From Verrucomicrobiia bacterium (GTDB taxonomy: Bacteria; Verrucomicrobiota; Verrucomicrobiia; Limisphaerales; UBA11358), in NCBI GenBank assembly GCA_025451535.1, contig JANWKE010000075.1, forward strand, positions 56,627-120,626: 64,000 bases of DNA, in the 5' to 3' direction. The position numbers and the translations under genes are program-made. This document shows, one piece after another, positions 10,755 to 20,223 of the stretch (position 1 is the first letter of the stretch; each line of letters starts with the position of its first letter). The notes below the pieces were generated by a model that made no database searches, was not told the DNA's origin, and saw nothing but the letters and a program-made list of their open reading frames with translations.

Positions 10755-11600
10755 ATGAGGCAATTTGCCACCATCACTGTCATCGGGCGCGACAAAACCG
10801 GCGTCATCGCGCGTGTCACCGCCTTTCTGTTCAAGCAAATGGCCAACATTGAGGCGTTGGAGGAACAGGTCACCCGGGGCCAATTCAGCATGACGCTTCA
10901 AGCCTCCTGGTCAAACAGCGATTGCCGTGCCGCCACCCTGCGTGCCGGTCTGGACAAATTGGCGCAGCGACTCGGCATGGAAATCAAAATCCGGTTTACC
11001 GAGCCGGACCGCCGGCAGCGTTTCGCCCTCATGGTGACCAGGGAACCGCATTGCTTTGAGGCACTCATGGCCTCCCACCGGCGGAGTGAAATCAAGGCCG
11101 ACCCCGTCCTCGTTCTGGGCAACCGGCCCGACCTCGCGCCGCTCGCCCGGAGGTTCGAGCTGCCATTCGTGCACATTCCGTGGAATGACCGCACCCGCGC
11201 CGAAGCCCGCGCCTTGCGCCTGCTCGAAGAGCACGAGATTGATTTTGTGGTGCTCGCGCGGTTCATGAAAATTCTCTCACCAAACTTCGTGTGGCGGTTC
11301 AAAAACAAAATTATCAACATCCACCCGTCGCTGCTGCCGAGTTTCCCCGGCCCGCAGGCCTACCGGCAGGCGTACGAAAGCGGCGTGAAAATCGCCGGCG
11401 TCACCGCGCACTTCGTTTCGATGCGGCTGGATGAAGGCCCGATTATTGCGCAAGGCTCGTTTCAAATCCGTCCCGGCATGACGCTCAAGGACATCGTCAC
11501 GCGTGGCCAGCAGGTTGAAGCCGACGTGCTCGTCAACGCCGTGAAGCTCTACCTTGGCAAACACCTCGACGTTTATTGGGGAGTAGTCAAGGAGGTTTAA
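10755..11600 (+). CDS. purU: Formyltetrahydrofolate deformylase
   Basis: N-terminal ACT domain (GRDKTGVIARVT) plus the motifs VLARFMKILS, INIHPSLLPSFPG, GVTAHFV and LDEGPII. Start placed at ATG 10755. Confidence 0.92.
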   Translation: MRQFATITVIGRDKTGVIARVTAFLFKQMANIEALEEQVTRGQFSMTLQASWSNSDCRAATLRAGLDKLAQRLGMEIKIRFTEPDRRQRFALMVTREPHCFEALMASHRRSEIKADPVLVLGNRPDLAPLARRFELPFVHIPWNDRTRAEARALRLLEEHEIDFVVLARFMKILSPNFVWRFKNKIINIHPSLLPSFPGPQAYRQAYESGVKIAGVTAHFVSMRLDEGPIIAQGSFQIRPGMTLKDIVTRGQQVEADVLVNAVKLYLGKHLDVYWGVVKEV

Positions 11601-11779
11601 AAAATCAACGTTCGGTAAAACGCGGAAAGCAGTAAACCTGCCCCCCTGGTTTTTCCGCTTTGGGGGCGCAGAACGGGATCAAGCACCCCTGTTTCAACCT
11701 GACGTGCGAAAACTTTCTTATTCACATGGTTGAACCAATTTTGCCCTGGCGTGTCGGAAATAAAAAAGAGGTGAATTTT

Positions 11780-12325
11780 ATGAGTACCGTTGCCAGGCAT
11801 ACAGAAACCCTTCCCGGCGCGATCTTAAAGGCCGTGATTATTTATGATGACTTTGATTCGGCCACACATGCCACGGCGTTGTTGGAGCGTGTAGCCCTGC
11901 GCGTGGACCAGACCATAAAATGGGATATCAAGCCGTGGCGAGGCGACGTCCTGAAACAACCCACGCTGGCTGCTTTGACGGTGGCGGTGGCCGCAAACGC
12001 GGATTTAATCGTGCTTGCCCTGAATCACCTCCGTCCGCCACCGCTTGGATTGCTGGACTGGCTTAAAAGTTGGGCGAAACACCGACGCATCAAAGATGCC
12101 GCCGTGCTGGCACTGCATACCGGCACACGTCAATCGCCGTCAAATTCCTGGAATGAAATCAAAGCACTCGTGGAAGCACACGGTCTGACTTTTTTGGGCG
12201 GCCATCACGTTTGGCATAACCACAGTTCAGCGCCTTTTGTTCATCGTTTGCAGCAACGAAAGCAACTGGTCGCCCCGGCATCGCGGCCGCCGTTCGCCGA
12301 AGGGCTGCCGGTGCCACATCATTGA
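11780..12325 (+). CDS. Hypothetical protein, possibly an atypical receiver-like fold
   Basis: GAGGTG ribosome-binding site before ATG 11780. Alternating beta/alpha pattern VIIYDD...ADLIVLA...VLALHT...GLTFL. Confidence 0.55.
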   Translation: MSTVARHTETLPGAILKAVIIYDDFDSATHATALLERVALRVDQTIKWDIKPWRGDVLKQPTLAALTVAVAANADLIVLALNHLRPPPLGLLDWLKSWAKHRRIKDAAVLALHTGTRQSPSNSWNEIKALVEAHGLTFLGGHHVWHNHSSAPFVHRLQQRKQLVAPASRPPFAEGLPVPHH

Positions 12326-12592
12326 GAGACCAACGAATAAATCCACCTTCAGGTTTGCTTTGCCTTCGCGGCCGGCTTAAGGTGTGATTGGCGAAAGCTG
12401 ATTTTGCGAGAGGCAAATTTGCCGCGGTGGATTTTCTGCCGCAGCGGCACGGAGTGGGTAAAACGCCCGCAAAACGGTTGAGCTCACTCCGTGTCTTGGT
12501 TTAAGAGGGAAGTTGTTGAAGTTGGGAAGATTTCTGTATCGCAAAAATCCAGGGCGCCCTGGCAACAGGCGCATAGAAAGGAATCACATCAT

Positions 12593-12886
12593 ATGGCAAA
12601 ACAGACATACCCCAAAGGCGGCAACAATGGCCGGCAACAAACCTTCGCATTCTCCGCACCCGATGCGCTGAGCGTGCAGCTGGTGGGTGATTTCACCCGG
12701 TGGCGGGAACGTCCCATCAACCTGCAAAAAGGCGCGGACGGCGTGTGGCGGACAACGGTGCAATTGTTGCCAGGCACGCACCATTATCGTTTCCTGGTGG
12801 ACGGTCAATGGCACGACGATCCCGATTGCATTCTGCGCGCTCCGAACCCTTTTGGCAGCGAAGACATGATGCGACAGGTGGCCTGA
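12593..12886 (+). CDS. Stand-alone CBM48 / isoamylase early-set glycogen-binding protein
   Basis: APDALSVQLVGDFTRW...GVW...LLPGTHHYRFLVDGQW..DP...NPFG. AGAAAGGA ribosome-binding site before ATG 12593. Confidence 0.88.
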   Translation: MAKQTYPKGGNNGRQQTFAFSAPDALSVQLVGDFTRWRERPINLQKGADGVWRTTVQLLPGTHHYRFLVDGQWHDDPDCILRAPNPFGSEDMMRQVA

Positions 12887-13287
12887 ACAGGTGGCGTCGA
12901 TTGTTTCGCCCGACTGGAACACGGAATCGCCAGGGCGGTGTTGAAATCGCGCTGGAACGGTGGGTTGTAGTTTTTACACCTTCGCACCGGGAAAACCGCC
13001 CGGAAGTTTTGCACCCTCACCGCAAGCTGACGAGCCATCAGCGGACATCGCCTGAGCGGGGTCGGCTCGCCAACAAGGCGCGGATGCATGATTCAACAAT
13101 TCAGCGGTTTCCCCTGTCCAAAGGATGGGTGATAAAGCCCGCGCAACGGCCTCGTGCTGTGAGCGCAACCACCCGGCCAATACAGCAAACACACATGAAA
13201 ACGCGCAAAGTTTGCTTTGCATGCACCCGGTCACGAACTGATTCGCAATTTTTGACCTTTATCATACCTGCGAGAAAAGGCCGCAAA

Positions 13288-13977
13288 ATGAAAATACGTT
13301 TGGGAAAATGGATATTGCCGCTGGGGTTAGTCCCGCTGCTGGTAACGGGTTGCGTAACCTACCCCATCGCCAAAAATCTCCAACAGCAGGCCAGACCGCT
13401 GACCCTGTCGCAAGTGGTGGCGGACCCTGACGCGTGCCAGGGAACCGTGGTCATCTGGGGCGGCAGAATCATCAAAGTCGTCAACGACGTCAACAGCAGC
13501 GCACTTTACGTCCTGGAAATGCCTTTGGGTGGTGATGGCCAACCGCTGGCATACGCCAATACTTCCGGGCGATTCATCGCCAGCAGCAAGGGATTTCTTG
13601 ATCCTGAAGTGTACAAACGCGGAGAGTTGGTCACCGTGGCTGGCGCTATTGCCGGATTGGAAAGCGAGCCGGTGCAGAAAGCCAAATACACCTACCCGGT
13701 CGTGGCCATTATACAAACCCACCTCTGGCCGGTGGAGCGAAAATATTACTATTACCAGCCAGACGGATATTGGTACGGATATTATCCGGACTGGTACTGG
13801 TGGGGGTGGTACCCGGCTTGGGGCTGGGGCTGGGGGTGGTATGATCGTGGCGGGGATTGGGATGGGGGCTGGCATTCTCAAGGTGGACACTGGGAGGGAG
13901 CACGTCCTGGCGGCCATTGGGGCGGGGCTTATCATTACCAGGGGGGATCTCAGGGCGGAGGCCATTGGCATCATTAG
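13288..13977 (+). CDS. Slp-family outer membrane lipoprotein with a Trp/Gly/Tyr-rich tail
   Basis: Lipobox LVTGC and Slp motifs VIWGGRI, GRFIA...GFLDPEVY..G.LVTVAG and YTYPVV....LW. Start placed at ATG 13288. Confidence 0.85.
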   Translation: MKIRLGKWILPLGLVPLLVTGCVTYPIAKNLQQQARPLTLSQVVADPDACQGTVVIWGGRIIKVVNDVNSSALYVLEMPLGGDGQPLAYANTSGRFIASSKGFLDPEVYKRGELVTVAGAIAGLESEPVQKAKYTYPVVAIIQTHLWPVERKYYYYQPDGYWYGYYPDWYWWGWYPAWGWGWGWYDRGGDWDGGWHSQGGHWEGARPGGHWGGAYHYQGGSQGGGHWHH

Positions 13978-14220
13978 AATCGGGCTCTCGCGGTGGCGAT
14001 TGGTACCAGTGACGTTGGCATCAATGTCATCTGGCACTTGTGATGGCTCAATGTCAGGGCCGCCTTATCGGCGGCCGAATAAAAATCCCGCCATCGCCAG
14101 CGGGCCAGTCTCATGACGTCAGTACAAGCAGGAACCCGAAAACTCCCTGGAACTTTTGTTTTTAAAAAATGGCACTTGCCGTGTGGTTGTCGGTCGTCAC
14201 ATTTTAGACAATTCTATGCT

Positions 14221-15090
14221 ATGAAAATTGAATCGGAAGACTTTCGCGTCCGCGAAGGCAAAGAGGTCAAATTGAAAGATTGGCCGACAAGGGTGAAACC
14301 GTTTTACAGATCCAAGGAGCATTGCCAGGAAATGCTCAGCGACCACATCAAGGTACTCAGCCGGCAACAAGGCCTGCTCTACGCTCACAACCGCTACGCG
14401 GTGCTGTTGATTTTTCAGGCGATGGACGCCGCCGGCAAGGACGGCGCCATCAAACATGTCATGTCCGGTATCAACCCGCAGGGCTGCGAGGTTTTCAGTT
14501 TTAAACATCCCGGCACCGAGGACCTGGCACATGATTTTCTCTGGCGCACGACCTGTCGTCTGCCGGAACGCGGTCGCATCGGTATTTTCAACCGCTCCTA
14601 TTACGAGGAGGTGCTTATTGTGCGCGTGCATCCGGAGATTCTTCGTGCCCAACAGATTCCGGAGGAATTGCTTGATAAAAAAAGGATCTGGGAAAAGCGC
14701 TATTGCTCCATTCTGGATTTGGAAAAACATCTGCACCGCAACGGCACATGCGTCGTTAAATTCTTCCTGCACCTGTCCAAGGACGAACAGCGCCAGCGGT
14801 TTCTTGAACGCATTGACAACCCGGAGAAAAACTGGAAATTCAGCCAGGCCGACCTCGCTGAACGGAAATTCTGGAAGGACTACATGAAGGCTTACGAAGA
14901 TTGCCTTGGAGCCACCAGTACCGACCATGCGCCGTGGTATATTGTTCCAGCCGACGACAAGGAAAACGCCCGGCTCATCATTTCACAAATTATCCTCGAT
15001 ACATTGAAATCGCTGAAAATGAGTTATCCGGAACCCGGCAAGGCGCACCGCCGGGAATTGCAGTCTGTCCGCCAATTGCTCGCAAAATAA
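14221..15090 (+). CDS. ppk2: Polyphosphate kinase 2 family protein (class III-like)
   Basis: [39 protein letters not shown] and [11 protein letters not shown]. Confidence 0.92.
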   Translation: MKIESEDFRVREGKEVKLKDWPTRVKPFYRSKEHCQEMLSDHIKVLSRQQGLLYAHNRYAVLLIFQAMDAAGKDGAIKHVMSGINPQGCEVFSFKHPGTEDLAHDFLWRTTCRLPERGRIGIFNRSYYEEVLIVRVHPEILRAQQIPEELLDKKRIWEKRYCSILDLEKHLHRNGTCVVKFFLHLSKDEQRQRFLERIDNPEKNWKFSQADLAERKFWKDYMKAYEDCLGATSTDHAPWYIVPADDKENARLIISQIILDTLKSLKMSYPEPGKAHRRELQSVRQLLAK

Positions 15091-15102
15091 AAAAAGCCTG
15101 CC

Positions 15103-16365
15103 ATGACCGGCTTGATTGCCACCGTGTTTCCGGATTTTCACCAGCGGTCAGTGATTTTGGCGATTTTTGTGATTACTTACACCGGAATCGCCATGGGCCA
15201 TGTGCCGGGCTTGAAACTCAATCGCGTCGGCATCGCCTTGCTCGGTGCTATTGCGATGATGATTTTCGGCGATGTTACCACCGCCGATATCGTTTCTTAC
15301 GTCAACTGGCCCACGATTTTCTTGCTGTTCGGGTTTTTTGTCATATCGGCACAACTCCGGCTGTCGGGTTTTTATGATTTCGTGGCCGGCGGCATTGCCG
15401 CGCGGCTCGGACACCCTGCGCGATTCCTGCTGGTTTTGATGGCCGTCACCGGTGTCCTTTCGTCGTTTCTAAATCATGATATTGTTTGTTACGTTTTTAC
15501 GCCCATCGTCGGGGCAGCGCTGCTGCGCAGACAACTCAACCCTGTTCCATTTTTGATTGCCCTGGCCATCGCCAGCAACATCGGTGCGGCGGCGACCCTC
15601 ATCGGTAATCCCCAGGACATGATGATCAGCCAGGTCGCGCACCTCGATTTCGGCCGATACATTCTTTGGACCTCCGTTCCGGTGGCTTTGGCGATGGCTG
15701 CCGCCTGCGGAATCATCTGGCAACTGTCGCGGGAACGGCTGCAACTCGCCGCACCCGTTCCCAAGGAGTTGAACCAGCCAACCTATCCCTTCAACCGGCC
15801 CCACTCCATCAAAGGGATTATCATTCTGGCCGCGGCCGTCGGTTTATTTTTCACGCCGTTGCCCAAGGAAATCATCGCTTTGGCGGCCGCCGGCATTCAT
15901 CTGGCGAGCACCAAATTTCGCACCGATGATTTGCTGAGATTGGTGGAATGGCCAATTCTCGTTTTGTTCATGGGCTTGTTTGTTGTCACCGGCGCTTTTC
16001 AATCCACCGGTTATGGTGATCAAACCGTGCAACGGCTGGCCCACAGCGGTTTTAACCTGAACGCGCCGGCTGTTTTGGCCCTGACGACCGCGGGCTTGTC
16101 CAACTTGATCAACAACTCGGCGGCGGTAATGCTTTTGCTCAAGGTGGTCAATCTCTCGCAACCGAGCGCAGCTTACATCCTGGCGCTGGCGAACAGTTTT
16201 GGTGGGAGTCTCATTATCATCGGCAGCGTTTCCAATATTATCGTGGTTCAACAGGCCCGCGCGCAGGGGATCAAAATTTCCTTCCGGGACTTTGCCCGGC
16301 TGGGTATTCCGGTGACGCTGGCCGCGCTGGCCGGGCTCCTCATCTGGATTACCCTGGCAGCTTAA
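15103..16365 (+). CDS. Anion permease (ArsB/NhaD/CitMHS superfamily)
   Basis: Multi-TM protein with LNRVGIALLGA, SNIGAAATLIGNPQD and GSVSNIIV motifs. Confidence 0.82.
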   Translation: MTGLIATVFPDFHQRSVILAIFVITYTGIAMGHVPGLKLNRVGIALLGAIAMMIFGDVTTADIVSYVNWPTIFLLFGFFVISAQLRLSGFYDFVAGGIAARLGHPARFLLVLMAVTGVLSSFLNHDIVCYVFTPIVGAALLRRQLNPVPFLIALAIASNIGAAATLIGNPQDMMISQVAHLDFGRYILWTSVPVALAMAAACGIIWQLSRERLQLAAPVPKELNQPTYPFNRPHSIKGIIILAAAVGLFFTPLPKEIIALAAAGIHLASTKFRTDDLLRLVEWPILVLFMGLFVVTGAFQSTGYGDQTVQRLAHSGFNLNAPAVLALTTAGLSNLINNSAAVMLLLKVVNLSQPSAAYILALANSFGGSLIIIGSVSNIIVVQQARAQGIKISFRDFARLGIPVTLAALAGLLIWITLAA

Positions 16366-16571
16366 ACGAAAAACCCGTGGAAAACAGGAAGCTGCGGGGC
16401 GACAGGCGCGTTGGCGTGCCTCATTCCCGTAGCTGTATTTTCCCTGATTTTTTGTGAAACATTTTCCCGGGCAGCATCTTCATTCTCTGCACGTGTTGAA
16501 TGTATAAGACCCGATCCAAAATATTTCAGCATAGATAATCCTAATCTCTCTGTCTTGTCAGATTCATCATT

Positions 16572-18392
16572 ATGACTGAGCAATTCCAGGCACGCAGGTT
16601 CGTTGTGGCTTTCCTTGCGGCAGTAGTCCTGATGATCTCGCCCAGGTCCGAAGCCGTTTCCATCGTGTCGGGGCCCTCCTTTACTCCCGCAACCAACGCG
16701 CCGCTGGCAGGGCTGCTCCAGTTGACCACCGATGTGGACTCCAGAATCGGCGTCCTGGTCAGCGATGGGACGGATCTCTGGGAAAGGGATTTTTATGATT
16801 ACACTACGAATCATTCGCTGCCGCTGCTCGGATTCAAGCCCGATCAGTCGAACCAGATTCAGGTTACCGTTTACGACAAAGACCGGAATGCCTGCACGGC
16901 CCCACAACTGTTGACTTTTGTCACCGCGCCGCTGCCGACGAATTTCCCCACCTACACCGTCCTGACAAATGACCCGGGCATGATGGAGCCGGGGTATCTG
17001 TTGTTCATGATTATGAACCGAAAAGTGCCCAACGTGGGTTACATTACCATGATGAACAATTCCGGCGAGGTGGTCTGGTATTGCCCATATCCGTCGACGC
17101 TGGATGTTGATGTGCGACAAATGGAAGATGGCGATTTGTTTGTTCAACAGCAAAGTCCATCGAACAGTTTCCTGGAGATCAACATGCTGGGAGAAACGGT
17201 CAGAACCTGGAATGCGCCGGCGGGTTACCCGGTAAACGTTCATGAAGGCCTCGTGACCGATCACGGCACCATTCTCTATTTGAGCGATGTCAAGGAGATC
17301 GTGTCCAACTTTCCGAGCAGCGATACCATCTCAAACGCTCCGTTGGGAACCAGCAATATTGACGACAATCCGGTGGTCGAAATCTCATCCACCAACTCGG
17401 CGCTCCTCAACACGTGGTCGCCGCTGAGCCTGGGTCTGGTGGATCCGACGCGCGTAACCTATCTCACCTACGGCATCGCCTCCGGCTCTCCGGACGGAGT
17501 GGATAATGAGCATGCCAACGCGATCCTCGACGATACCAATGACAGTTCCATCATTCTTTCTTTGCGCAACCAAAACGCGGTCGTCAAATTCTCCCGGGTG
17601 ACGGGACAATTGAAATGGATTCTCGGGCCGCCGGCAAACTGGGGGACGAACTGGCAGCCATATCTGCTGTCACCGGTGGGCACGCCGTTTGATTGGAATT
17701 ATGGCCAGCATGCGCCAGAACTCACACCTGAAGGCACCTTGTTGGTTTACAACGACAACAACTACCAGGCCAGCCCTTACGGCCCGACTGCGCCCGACCA
17801 GGACAATCACAGCAGCGCCATTGAGTATGGCATCGATGAAACCGACAGGGAGGCGTCCGAGGTCTGGAATTCCACGTGGCAAACCAATCAAGACCGGCTC
17901 TTTACACCTTATGTAGGAAGAGTGCAGTGGCTTCCCCAAACCCGGAATGTCCTGGTGGATTACGGCGCCGTCACCTATGTCAATGGCGCCCACCCCAGTT
18001 CTTACGCACCCAGTGCGTCCATGGTCCGGATCATGGAATTTACACATGATCCGGTGCCTCAGTTGGTATTTGATCTTTCCTTTTTCGACTATGGTAACAC
18101 CAGCCCGGGTTATGCCGGGTATATCTGCTATCGCGCCTATCAGCTTCCCGATCTTTATGTCCACCCTGCCGAGCCCGTCACCGACCTTGTCATGGGTAAC
18201 GACAATCAAATACCCATTCTGGAGTTCCCAGCGGACCCGGCTTGCAGCTATCTTATCCAGGCTTCAACTGACCTGACGAACTGGATGACCATTGGCACAC
18301 CGGTACAGGAAGGAGGCATCGGTGATTATGATTTTGAGGACATGAACGCAAACCGGTTCACAACCCGCTTTTATCGCGTCGTCACGCAGTAG
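16572..18392 (+). CDS. Secreted arylsulfotransferase (ASST) family protein
   Basis: Signal peptide, Ig-like N-domain (NAPLAGLL...HSLPLLG), the motifs HEG, EHANA, SLRNQ, LKWILG and GQHAP, and a C-terminal ASTDL.NW...RFYRV domain. Confidence 0.82.
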   Translation: MTEQFQARRFVVAFLAAVVLMISPRSEAVSIVSGPSFTPATNAPLAGLLQLTTDVDSRIGVLVSDGTDLWERDFYDYTTNHSLPLLGFKPDQSNQIQVTVYDKDRNACTAPQLLTFVTAPLPTNFPTYTVLTNDPGMMEPGYLLFMIMNRKVPNVGYITMMNNSGEVVWYCPYPSTLDVDVRQMEDGDLFVQQQSPSNSFLEINMLGETVRTWNAPAGYPVNVHEGLVTDHGTILYLSDVKEIVSNFPSSDTISNAPLGTSNIDDNPVVEISSTNSALLNTWSPLSLGLVDPTRVTYLTYGIASGSPDGVDNEHANAILDDTNDSSIILSLRNQNAVVKFSRVTGQLKWILGPPANWGTNWQPYLLSPVGTPFDWNYGQHAPELTPEGTLLVYNDNNYQASPYGPTAPDQDNHSSAIEYGIDETDREASEVWNSTWQTNQDRLFTPYVGRVQWLPQTRNVLVDYGAVTYVNGAHPSSYAPSASMVRIMEFTHDPVPQLVFDLSFFDYGNTSPGYAGYICYRAYQLPDLYVHPAEPVTDLVMGNDNQIPILEFPADPACSYLIQASTDLTNWMTIGTPVQEGGIGDYDFEDMNANRFTTRFYRVVTQ

Positions 18393-18456
18393 TACCAGGA
18401 CCTGTTGCTGCTCCCCTCTTTCAGTTGTGGTGCATTGGGGCCGGAAATACGTGAAT

Positions 18457-18561
18457 CGGAGGGAGGGAACGTCCGGGAACGATTTATGGCACAGTTCAAT
18501 TGGAGCCATGGATGACAAATTTCGACATTGTGAAATGATAGACGCGCCATCCCTCCTTCCG
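18457..18561. repeat. Degenerate intergenic inverted repeat
   Basis: CGGAGGGAGGGA (18457-18468) pairs with TCCCTCCTTCCG (18550-18561) with one mismatch. Confidence 0.35.
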
Positions 18562-18598
18562 CCTCGACTCCGGGTGCCGTCGAGCTTACGTTGCAGAA

Positions 18599-19789
18599 AT
18601 GAACCAACTTCTTATCGGCCTGGTGGGTGCGTTGCTGGCAACGAACCAGCCGCAGGCCGTCAGCAATTTGATCCAGCAAAATGCCGGCGTCTCGGTCAAT
18701 CTTCCCAATCCGAACGATCCGGCCGAGAAGGAACTTGACCGGTTAATGACCGAAGACGATGCGGCCATGGCCGAGGTGGACAAATGGATTCAGGACAACA
18801 ATGCCTTCGCCGCCAAAGGCGCGGGTGAATCTAAAGCGGAACTTAACAAACGCATCATGGCCCGGCTGGATGTTGTCCGCAAGAACTACGATGACTTTTT
18901 GCGTCGTCACCCGGATTTTGCCCACGGACATCTGGCCTACGCCAGTTTTTTGAACAACATCGGCGACGAGGAGGCCGCCAAAGTTCAGAACGAAAAAGCC
19001 CGGGAACTGGATCCAAAAGATCCGGCGGCCTGGAACAATCTCGGCAATTATTACGGCGAAAACGGCCCCATCACCAACGCTTTTGTGTACTTTGCCAAAG
19101 CCATTGAGCTGGACCCGGCCGAATCGATTTATTATCAGAATCTTGCGGTAATGGTTTATCTCTATCGCGTGGATGCCAAGGCCTTTTACCATATCGACGA
19201 GCAGCAGGTCTTCGACAAGTCACTCGCACTTTATCGCAAGGCCCTGCAACTCGACCCGGATAATTTCCCGCTCGTGACCGACTACGCGGAGAGCTATTAC
19301 GGTATCCGCCCGCTCCGCACCAACGACGCGTTGGTGGCCTGGACCAATGCGCTTCAGGTCGCTCACGACGACGTCGAGCGTGAGGGTGTTTATATTCATC
19401 TCGCCCGGATTAAAATGCTGGCCGGGCGTTACACCGAAGCCCGCGCGCAACTCGAGGCCGTAACCAATGCGACGTATGCCGACCTCAAACAAACCGTCGA
19501 ACGCGCCATTACCTGGCGGGAAAACGAGGCAACCAATTCCATCGTTGGCGGCGACTCAACAAATACACCGGGTTTTCCGGCAAAAAAATTTCCTGCGCCG
19601 ACGAATGCTTTGCCCGCGGTCACGAATGCGATGACCGTCTCAACCAACTCATTGCTGGTGCTCACCAATGGGATGTTCGCTCTCACCAACCCGCCGGTTT
19701 TTTCGCCAAAGATCGTCAACACTATGACAAATGTGCCGCCGGCGCCTCCGAAGACGTCTCATTTGGTCACAGTCTTGAATGCTTTTTAG
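18599..19789 (+). CDS. Exported TPR-repeat protein with a TN-rich low-complexity tail
   Basis: Short hydrophobic N-terminus and TPR motifs (ARELDPKDPAAWNNLGNYY, AIELDP, ALQLDP). Confidence 0.8.
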   Translation: MNQLLIGLVGALLATNQPQAVSNLIQQNAGVSVNLPNPNDPAEKELDRLMTEDDAAMAEVDKWIQDNNAFAAKGAGESKAELNKRIMARLDVVRKNYDDFLRRHPDFAHGHLAYASFLNNIGDEEAAKVQNEKARELDPKDPAAWNNLGNYYGENGPITNAFVYFAKAIELDPAESIYYQNLAVMVYLYRVDAKAFYHIDEQQVFDKSLALYRKALQLDPDNFPLVTDYAESYYGIRPLRTNDALVAWTNALQVAHDDVEREGVYIHLARIKMLAGRYTEARAQLEAVTNATYADLKQTVERAITWRENEATNSIVGGDSTNTPGFPAKKFPAPTNALPAVTNAMTVSTNSLLVLTNGMFALTNPPVFSPKIVNTMTNVPPAPPKTSHLVTVLNAF

Positions 19790-19833
19790 ATTCAACTTTT
19801 GTCCCGGTGGATTTGTGCTAAAGTAGTCAACAC

Positions 19834-20223
19834 ATGGATTTTTACGACAAGCTGAAATTCGACGCCAATGGTCTGATCCCCGCCATCATTCAGGAGCGGC
19901 AAACCGGCCGCGTCCTGATGATGGCGTGGATGAATCGCGCCTCGCTGGAAAAGACCATGGAAACGGGCAAAACCCATTTCTGGAGCCGTTCCCGCCAGAA
20001 ATTCTGGATGAAAGGTGAAACCAGCGGCCATGTGCAAAACGTCAAGGATATTGCGTTCGATTGCGACGGCGACGTGCTACTCATTCAAGTTGAGCAGACC
20101 GGTGCAGCGTGCCACGAAGGTTACCACTCCTGTTTTTTCCGGTCGGTGGAAAAAAACGGGAAATCGGTTAAGATAACGGAGGCCCAACTCGAGACGCCGG
20201 AACAAATTTACGGAAAGAAGTAA
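19834..20223 (+). CDS. hisI: Phosphoribosyl-AMP cyclohydrolase
   Basis: [30 protein letters not shown] and [11 protein letters not shown]. Confidence 0.96.
   Translation: MDFYDKLKFDANGLIPAIIQERQTGRVLMMAWMNRASLEKTMETGKTHFWSRSRQKFWMKGETSGHVQNVKDIAFDCDGDVLLIQVEQTGAACHEGYHSCFFRSVEKNGKSVKITEAQLETPEQIYGKK

Noticed and set aside
12560-12576. Possible sigma-54 promoter TGGCAACAGGCGCAT
   Set aside because: The GG-to-GC spacing does not match the -24/-12 consensus.
12451-13142. Similar motifs GGAGTGGGTAAAACGCCCGC (12451) and GGATGGGTGATAAAGCCCGC (about 13123), plus a TGTA-N5-TACA site, as regulator boxes
   Set aside because: Only two loose copies, which cannot be distinguished from chance.
12700-13287. 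Long open frame upstream of the Slp lipoprotein
   Set aside because: It overlaps the CBM48 gene and has no recognisable motifs. The lipoprotein signal needs the start at 13288.
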